Positions 55,263-64,000 of a stretch of DNA of 64,000 nucleotides are shown piece after piece. Both the position numbers and the translations under genes were made by a program. The notes under the pieces were generated by a model. That model made no database searches and was not told the origin of the DNA. It saw only the letters and a program-made list of their open reading frames with translations. Origin of the DNA: Chrysomallon squamiferum (taxonomy: Eukaryota; Animalia; Mollusca); NCBI GenBank assembly GCA_012295275.1, contig CM022676.1, positions 2,728,001-2,792,000 of the forward strand, read 5' to 3'. The first letter of the stretch is position 1. The number at the start of each line of letters is the position of its first letter.

Positions 55263-58200
55263 AATTTTCTGTCAATTTTTAATTAATTGAATTTTGATTC
55301 TTTTACAATTGTATAATCATTCAGTACCAGAGGTTTTTCTCTGTGTAAGTGTGTGTGTGTGGGTGTGTCTTTCTGTCTGTATATATATATATATATATAT
55401 ATAAACAAAGCAAAGAAAAAAATCATATCGATTAGAGTTAGGTCCCTTACGTGAGATGTACTCACTAAGCGAAGTGAAAATTATGTCGATTAGACTTATC
55501 TCCCTTTAGTGATATATATTCACTAACTTATATTAGAGTGAGGTCCCATAGGTGAGATGTACTCACTAACCCTTCGATCGTTTTAAACTTTCAAAGTCGT
55601 TCTTTATTTGTTTACTTACTTGTTTACTCTATCCTGTCTACTTTGCTTATTGTTGTTATAATTAAAAAATCTGTAAATAAAATCATTTTTTTCTTGTCAT
55701 TTGATAGAATCGGTTTTTTAATATCAGTATTTATTATTTCTTTTTGTATTTATTAATATTCTGAAATGTATTTGTTTTTAAATTTTCTGGCAATTTTCAA
55801 TTAACTGAATTTTGTTTCTTTTACAATTGTATAATCATTCAGTACCAGAGGTTTTTCTCTGTGTAAGTGTGTGTGTTGGGGTGTGTCTGTCTGTCTGTCT
55901 GTATATATATAAACAAAGCAGAGAAAAAATCATATCCATTAGAGTTAGGTCCCTTACGTGAGATGTACTCACTAAGTCTTCGATCATTTTCAAGTTTTAA
56001 AGTGGTTTTTTATTTGTTTGCTTATTTATTTACTATATCCTGTCTACTTTGTTTCTTGTTGTTATAATTAAAAAATCAGTAAAAAAAAATGTTTTGTGTC
56101 ATTTGATAGAATCGATTTTTTAATATTAGTATTTATTATTTCTTTTTGTATTTATTAATATTCTGAAATTTATTTGTTTTTAAATTTTCTGGCAGTTTTC
56201 AATTAATTGAATTTTGTTACTTTTACAATTGTATAATCATTCAGCACCAGAGGTTTTCCTCTGAGAAAGTGACTGTGTGTGGATGTGTCTGTCTGTCTGT
56301 ATATATATAAACTTAGCAAAGAGAAAATCAGATCGATTAGAGTTAGGTCCCTTACGTGATATGTACTCACTAACCGAAGTAAAAATTATGTCGATTAGAC
56401 TTATCACCCTTTAGTGATATGTGTTCACTAACATATATTAGAGTGCGGTCCCATAGGTGAGATGTACTCACTATGTCTTCGATCGTTTTAAAGTTTTATA
56501 GTGATTTTTTATTTGTTTGCTTATTTATTTACTCTATCCTGTCTACTTTGCTTATTGTTGTTATGATTAAAAAATCAGTAAATAAAATATTTTTTTTGTG
56601 TCATTTGACACAATCGGTTTTTTAATATCAGTATTTATTATTTCTTTTTGTATTTATTAATATTCTGAAATTTATTTATTTTCAAATTTTCTGGCTATAT
56701 TTAATTAATTGAATTTTGATCCTTTTACCATTGTATAATGATTCAGTACCAGAGGTTTTTCTCTGTGTAAGTGTGTGTGTGTGCGTGTGTCTTTCTGTCT
56801 GTATATATATAAACAAAGCAAAGAAATAAATCATATCGATTAGAGTTAGGTCCCTTACGTGAGATGTACTCACTAAGCCTTAGATCGTTTTAAACTTTCA
56901 AAGTCGTTCTTTATTTGTTTTCTTACTTATTTCTTGTGTATCCTGTCTACTTTGCTTATTGTTGTTATAATTAAAAAATCAGTAAATAAAATAATTTTTT
57001 GTGTCATTTGATAGAATCGGTTTTTTAATATCAGTATTTATTATTTCTTTTTGTATTTATTAATATTCTGAAATTTATTTGTTTTTAAATTTTCTGGCAA
57101 TTTTTAATTAATTGAATTTTGTTTCTTTTACAATTGTATAATCATTCAGTACCAGAGGTTTTTCTCTGTGTAAGTGTGTGTGTCGTGGTGAGTCTGTCTC
57201 TCTGTATATATATAAACAAAGCAAAGAAAAAATCATATCGATTAGAATTAGGTCCCTTACGTGAGATGTACTCACTAAGCGAAGTAAAAATTATGTCGTT
57301 TAGACTTATCTCCCTTTAGTGATATGTGTTCACAAACATATTTTAGAGTCTGTTCTCATAGGTGAGATGTACTCACTAAGCCTTCGATCGTTTTAAACTT
57401 TCAAAGTCGTTCTTTATTTGTTTAGTTACTTGTTTATTCTATCCTGTCTACTTTGCTTATTGTTGTTATAATTAAAAAATCAGTAAATAAAATAATTTTT
57501 TGTGTGATTAAATCGAATCGATTTTTTAATATTAGTATTTATTATTTCTTTTTGTATTTATTAATATTCTGAAATTTATTTGTTTTTAAATTTTCTGTCA
57601 ATTTTTAATTAATTGAATTTTGAATCTTTTACAATTGTATAATGATTCAGTACCAGAGGTTTTTCTCTGTGTAAGTGTGTGTGTGTGGGTGTGTCTGTCT
57701 GTCTGTATATATATAAACAAAGCAAAGAAAAATTCATATCGATTAGAGTTAGGTCCCTTACGTGAGATGTACTCACTAAGCGAAGTAAAAATTATGTCGA
57801 TTAGACTTATCTCCCTTTAGTGATATGTGTTCACAAATATATTTTAGAGTGAGGTCTCATAGGTGAGATGTACTCACTAAACCTTCGATCGTTTTAAACT
57901 TTCAAAGTCGTTCTTTATTTGTTTAGTTACTTGTTTATTCTCTCCTGTCTACTTTGCTTATTGTTGTTATAATTAAAAAATCAGTAAATAAAAATAATTT
58001 TTTGTGTCATTTGATACAATCCATTTTTTAATATCAGTATTTATTATTTCTTTTTGTATTTATTAATATTCTGAAATTTATTTGTTTTTAAATTTTCTGT
58101 CAATTTTTAATTAATTGAATTTTGATTCTTTTACAATTGTATAATGATTCAGTACCAGAGGTTTTTCTCTGTGTAAGTGTGTGTGTGTGGGTGTGTCTGT

Positions 58201-59105
58201 CTGTCTGTATATATATAAACAAAGCAAAGAAAAATTCATATCGATTAGAGTTAGGTCCCTTACGTGAGATGTACTCACTAAGCGAAGTAAAAATTATGTC
58301 GATTAGACTTATCTCCCTTTAGTGATATGTGTTCACTAACACATATTAGTGTGAGGTACCATAGGTGAGATGTACTCACTAAGTCTACGATTATTTTAAA
58401 GTTTTAAAGTGGTTCTTTATTGTTTGCTTATTTATTTACTCTATCCTGTCTACTTTGCTTATTGTTGTTATAATTGAAAAGTCAGTAAAAAATAATAATT
58501 TTTTTCTCAATTGATAGAATCGGTTTTTTAATATCAGTATTTATTATTTCTTTTTGTATTTATTAATATTCTGAAATTTATTTGTTTTTAAATTTTCTGT
58601 CAATTTTTAATTAATTGAATTTAGGTTTTTTTACAATTGTATAATCATTCAGTACCAGATGTTTTTCTCTGTGTAAGTGTGTGTGTGTGGGTGTGTCTGT
58701 CTGTCTGTATATATATAAACTTAGCAAAGAAAAAATCATATCGATTAGAGTTAGGTCCCTTACGTGAGATGTACTCACTAAGCCTTCGATCGTTTTAAAC
58801 TTTCAAAGTCGTTCTTTATTTGTTTTCTTACTTATTTCTTATGTATCCTGTCTACTTTGCTTATTGTTGTTATAATTAAAAAATCAGTAAATAAAATAAT
58901 TTTTTGTGTCATTTGATAGAATCGGTTTTTTAATATCAGTTTTTATTATTTCTTTTTGTATTTATTAATATTCTGAAATTTATTTGTTTTTAAATTTTCT
59001 GTCAATTTTTAATTAATTGAATTTTGATTCTTTTACAATTGTATAATCATTCAGTACCAGAGGTTTTTCTCTGTGTAAGTGTGTGTGTGTGGGTGTGTCT
59101 TTCTG

Positions 59106-59143
<38 letters not shown>

Positions 59144-62100
59144 CAAAGAAAAAAAAAATCATATCGATTAGAGTTAGGTCCCTTACGTGAGATGTACTCA
59201 CTAAGCGAAGTGAAAATTATGTCGATTAGACTTATCTCCCTTTAGTGATATATATTCACTAACTTATATTAGAGTGAGGTCCCATAGGTGAGATGTACTC
59301 ACTAACCCTTCGATCGTTTTAAACTTTCAAAGTCGTTCTTTATTTGTTTACTTACTTGTTTACTCTATCCTGTCTACTTTGCTTATTGTTGTTATAATTA
59401 AAAAATCTGTAAATAAAATCATTTTTTTCTTGTCATTTGATAGAATCGGTTTTTTAATATCAGTATTTATTATTTCTTTTTGTATTTATTAATATTCTGA
59501 AATGTATTTGTTTTTAAATTTTCTGGCAATTTTCAATTAATTGAATTTTGTTTCTTTTACAATTGTATAATCATTCAGTACCAGAGGTTTTTCTCTGTGT
59601 AAGTGTGTGTGTTGGGGTGTGTCTGTCTGTCTGTCTGTATATATATAAACAAAGCAGAGAAAAAATCATATCCATTAGAGTTAGGTCCCTTACGTGAGAT
59701 GTACTCACTAAGTCTTCGATCATTTTCAAGTTTTAAAGTGGTTTTTTATTTGTTTGCTTATTTATTTACTATATCCTGTCTACTTTGTTTCTTGTTGTTA
59801 TAATTAAAAAATCAGTAAAAAAAAAATGTTTTGTGTCATTTGATAGAATCGATTTTTTAATATTAGTATTTATTATTTCTTTTTGTATTTATTAATATTC
59901 TGAAATTTATTTGTTTTTAAATTTCCTGGCAGTTTTGAATTAATTGAATTTTGTTACTTTTACAATTGTATAATCATTCAGCACCAGAGGTTTTCCTCTG
60001 AGAAAGTGACTGTGTGTGGATGTGTCTGTGTGTCTGTATATATATAAACTTAGCAAAGAGAAAATCAGATCGATTAGAGTTAGGTCCCTTACGTTATATG
60101 TACTCACTAACCGAAGTAAAAATTATGTCGATTAGACTTATCACCCTTTAGTGATATGTGTTCACTAACATATATTAGAGTGCGGTCCCATAGGTGAGAT
60201 GTACTCACTATGTCTTCGATCGTTTTAAAGTTTTATAGTGATTTTTTATTTGTTTGCTTATTTATTTACTCTATCCTGTCTACTTTGCTTATTGTTGTTA
60301 TGATTAAAAAATCAGTAAATAAAATATTTTTTTTGGTGTCATTTGACACAATCGGTTTTTTAATATCAGTATTTATTATTTCTTTTTGTATTTATTAATA
60401 TTCTGAAATTTATTTGTTTTAAATTTTCTGGCAATTTTGAATTAATTGAATTTTGTTACTTTTACAATTGTATAATCATTCAGTAGCAGAGGTTTTTCTC
60501 TGTGTAAGTGTCTGTGTGTGGGTGTGTCTGTCTGTCTGTATATATATAAACTTAGCAAAGAAAAAATCATATCGATTAGAGTTAGGTCCCTTACGTGAGA
60601 TGTACTCACTAAGCCTTCGATCGTTTTAAACTTTCAAAGTCGTTCTTTATTTGTTTTCTTACTTATTTCTTGTGTATCCTGTCTACTTTGCTTATTGTTG
60701 TTATAATTAAAAAATCAGTAAATAAAATAATTTTTTGTGTCATTTGATAGAATCGGTTTTTTAATATCAGTATTTATTATTTCTTTTTGTATTTATTAAT
60801 ATTCTGAAATTTATTTGTTTTTAAATTTTCTGTCAATTTTTAATTAATTGAATTTTGATTCTTTTACAATTGTATAATCATTCAGTACCAGAGGTTTTTC
60901 TCTGTGTAAGTGTGTGTGTGTGGGTGTGTCTTTCTGTCTGTATATATATATATATATATATATAAACAAAGCAAAGAAAAAAATCATATCGATTAGAGTT
61001 AGGTCCCTTACGTGAGATGTACTCACTAAGCGAAGTAAAAATTATGTCGATTAGACTTATCTCCCTATAGTGATATGTGTTCACTAACATATATTAGAGT
61101 GAGGTCCCATAGGTGAGATGTACTCACTAAGCCTTCGATCGTTTTAAACTTTCAAAGTCGTTCTTTATTTGTTTAGTTACTTGTTTATTCTATCCTGTCT
61201 ACTTTGCTTATTGTTGTTATAATTAAAAAATCAGTAAATAAAATTATTTTTTTTTGTCATTTGATAGAATCGGTTTTTTAATATCAGTATTTATTATTTC
61301 TTTTTGTATTTATTAATATTCTGAAATTTATTTGTTTTTAAATTTTCTGGCAATTTTTAATTAATTGAATTTTGTTTCTTTTACAATTGTATAATCATTC
61401 AGTACCAGAGGTTTTTCTCTGTGTAAGTGTGTGTGTGTGTGTGTCTTTCTGTCTGTATGTATATATATATATAAACAAAGCAAAGAAAAAAATCATATCG
61501 ATTAGAGTTAGGTCCCTTACGTGAGGTGTACTCACTAAGCGAAGTAAAAATTATGTCGATTAGACTTATCTCCCTTTAGTGATATGTGTTCACTAACATA
61601 TATTAGAGTGAGGTCCCATATGTGAGACGTTCTCACTAAGTCTTCGATTATTTTAAAGTTATAAAGTGGTTCTTTATTGTTTGCTTATTTATTTACTCTA
61701 TCCTGTCTACTTTGCTTATTGTTGTTATAATTAAAAAATCAGTAAATAAAATATTTGTTTTGTGTCAATTGATAGAATCGGTTTTTTAATATCAGTATTT
61801 ATTATTTCTTTTTGTATTTATTAATATTCTGAAATTTCTTTGTTTTTAAATTTTCTGGCAATTTTTAATTAATTGAATTTTGTTTCTTTTACAATTGTAT
61901 AATCATTCAGTACCAGAGGTTTTTCTCTGTGTAAGTGTGTGTGTCGTGGTGAGTCTGTCTCTCTGTATATATATAAACAAAGCAAAGAAAAAATCATATC
62001 GATTAGAATTAGGTCCCTTACGTGAGATGTACTCACTAAGCGAAGTAAAAATTATGTCGTTTAGACTTATCTCCCTTTAGTGATATGTGTTCACAAACAT

Positions 62101-63137
62101 ATTTTAGAGTCTGTTCTCATAGGTGAGATGTACTCACTAAGCCTTCGATCGTTTTAAACTTTCAAAGTCGTTCTTTATTTGTTTAGTTACTTGTTTATTC
62201 TATCCTGTCTACTTTGCTTATTGTTGTTATAATTAAAAAATCAGTAAATAAAATAATTTTTTGTGTGATTTGATCGAATCGATTTTTTAATATTAGTATT
62301 TATTATTTCTTTTTGTATTTATTAATATTCTGAAATTTATTTGTTTTTAAATTTCCTGGCAGTTTTCAATTAATTGAATTTTGTTACTTTTTCAATTGTA
62401 TAATCATTCAGTACCAGAGGTTTTTCTCTGAGAAAGTGTCTGTGTGTGGATGTGTCTGTCTGTCTGTATATATATAAACTTAGCAAAGAAAAATTCATAT
62501 CGATTAGAGTTAGGTCCCTTACGTTATATGTACTCACTAACCGAAGTAAAAATTTTGTCGATTAGACTTATCACCCTTTAGTGATATGTGTTCACTAACA
62601 TATATTAGAGTGAGGTCCCATAGGTGAGAAGTACTCACTATGTCTTCGATCATTTTAAAGTTTTATAGTGATTTTTTATTTGTTTGCTTATTTATTTACT
62701 CTATCCTGTCTACTTTGCTTATTGTTGTTATGATTAAAAAATCAGTAAATAAAATATTTTTGTTGTGTCATTTGACACAATCGGTTTTTTAATATCAGTA
62801 TTTATTATTTCTTTTTGTATTTATTAATATTCTGAAATTTATTTGTTTTAAATTTTGTGGCAATTTTCAATTAATTGAATTTTGTTACTTTTACAATTGT
62901 ATAATCATTCAGTACCAGAGGTTTTTCTCTGTGTAAGTGTCTGTGTGTGGGTGTGTCTGTCTGTCTGTATATATATAAACTTAGCAAAGAAAAAATCATA
63001 TCGATTAGAGTTAGGTCCCTTACGTGAGATGTACTCACTAAGCCTTCGATCGTTTTAAACTTTCAAAGTCGATCTTTATTTGTTTACTTACTTATTTCTT
63101 ATGTATCCTGTCTACTTTCCTTATTGTTGTTATAATT
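55261..63137 (-). repeat. Family-2 satellite, reverse orientation, ~7.9 kb, both ends assembled
   Basis: Reverse-complement monomers (atcgattagagttaggtcccttacgtgagatgtactcactaagc); long-range internal duplications with offsets 3736 (55867/59603) and 4761 (57119/61880). Confidence 0.97.
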
Positions 63138-63355
63138 GTTGTTATGTATTTCTGATGTTGTTACTTAAAGCTGTTGATTAGAATTTCATATTGCTTTAAT
63201 AATGTAAAAGAAACTTCCGTTGATGATGATGATGATGATTAGATAAGTCCAGGCTGCACTGTGTTTTGCTGATATTATATTTTAATCTTCTGATCATCCG
63301 AGTATACATTAATTATCTCTTTTCTGTTTTAAAATTTACAATAACTTTCTCACAG

Positions 63356-63427
63356 GCCATGAAGGGAGAGCCAGGCATTCAAAGTCAGAAAGGGGTCAAA
63401 GGTGAACGCTGACTGCCTGGTCCGTTA
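63356..63427 (+). pseudogene. Decayed collagen Gly-X-Y exon (72 nt)
   Basis: ctcacag|GCC ATG AAG GGA GAG CCA GGC ATT CAA AGT CAG AAA GGG GTC AAA GGT GAA CGC TGA CTG CCT GGT CCG TTA = AMK GEP GIQ SQK GVK GER *LP GPL; three Gly codons each changed by one base. Confidence 0.75.
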
Positions 63428-63513
63428 CTGAATAAACTAAGTCCTCAATGTCAGTGTGTCAGTAAGCTGACTTTCAATTTTCTTCGTATGTTGTTGAATG
63501 TGATAAAATACCT

Positions 63514-63516
<3 letters not shown>

Positions 63517-63567
<51 letters not shown>

Positions 63568-63800
63568 CTTTAATATAAATAAAACAATCAAATGCAATTT
63601 GTTTCTGTTTCTTTCTTTCTCTATTGACCAAAACAGTTTGTATGTATGTTTGTTTGTCTCTCTGTCTGTCTATTTATCCATCCATCTATCTATCTATCTA
63701 TATATCTGTCTATCTATCTCTAAATGTATGTATGTATATGTATCTGTCTTTCCATCTATTTGTCTGTCTCTGTATGACTATCTGTCTGTCTGATTTTCTT
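63517..63800. repeat. (AAT)n followed by mixed TATC/TGTC/TATG simple repeats
   Basis: Direct reading. Confidence 0.85.
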
Positions 63801-64000
63801 CGTGTCCATCTGCCTGTCTTTCTGTCTGTCTTTACATTTCTATTTTATTTTTTTTTTTTTTCAGAGTTGATTTTATTTGTAGTAATTCATATTTTCATTT
63901 TCTGTTTTTCAGAAGTTAAACCGTGATAATGAAATCAATTGAAACAGAATAATTTTAATATAATCTGTATAATAACAGACAATTAAACAGTTAAATAAAT

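Noticed and set aside
31979-63137. Dozens of repeated 60-86 aa ORFs (MSTSHVRDLTL..., MFLLQLYNHSV...)
   Set aside because: Translations of satellite monomers, many from non-ATG starts, running through microsatellites with frame-breaking length variation

Overview
AT-rich eukaryotic genomic DNA, with GT-AG spliceosomal exons, many microsatellites and two 200-N scaffold gaps. The Ig-exon motifs suggest a lophotrochozoan, probably a mollusc (inference). About 75% of the window is two unrelated tandem-repeat families. The first is an AAGT/TACGTA/AATTACCT-based ~30-40 bp degenerate satellite (1-445, 1632-4753, ~7540-22626, ~23265-24405), which also forms a large inverted duplication (~32-4753 vs 19076-~23708). 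The second is a ~402/~502 bp satellite with higher-order structure, on + between the gaps (31979-51863) and on - at 55261-~63137. Among the repeats lie pieces of a tandem family of secreted/cell-surface two-Ig-domain genes: a signal exon, two V-like exons, three 'CNGNVGNP' second-Ig exons and three different C-terminal modules (GPI-like tail, Tyr-motif tail, stalk/TM plus cytoplasmic tail). Every assembled copy carries a lesion. There is also a decayed signal-PAN/apple-EGF(n) gene cut by the second satellite, followed by a decayed collagen Gly-X-Y exon. Most entries in the ORF track are repeat or gap artefacts. The best lead is the Ig receptor locus, with loop-clustered variation and interchangeable tails sitting in a strand-asymmetric, inversion-prone satellite. 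Ordinary birth-and-death decay plus assembly problems remains the default explanation.
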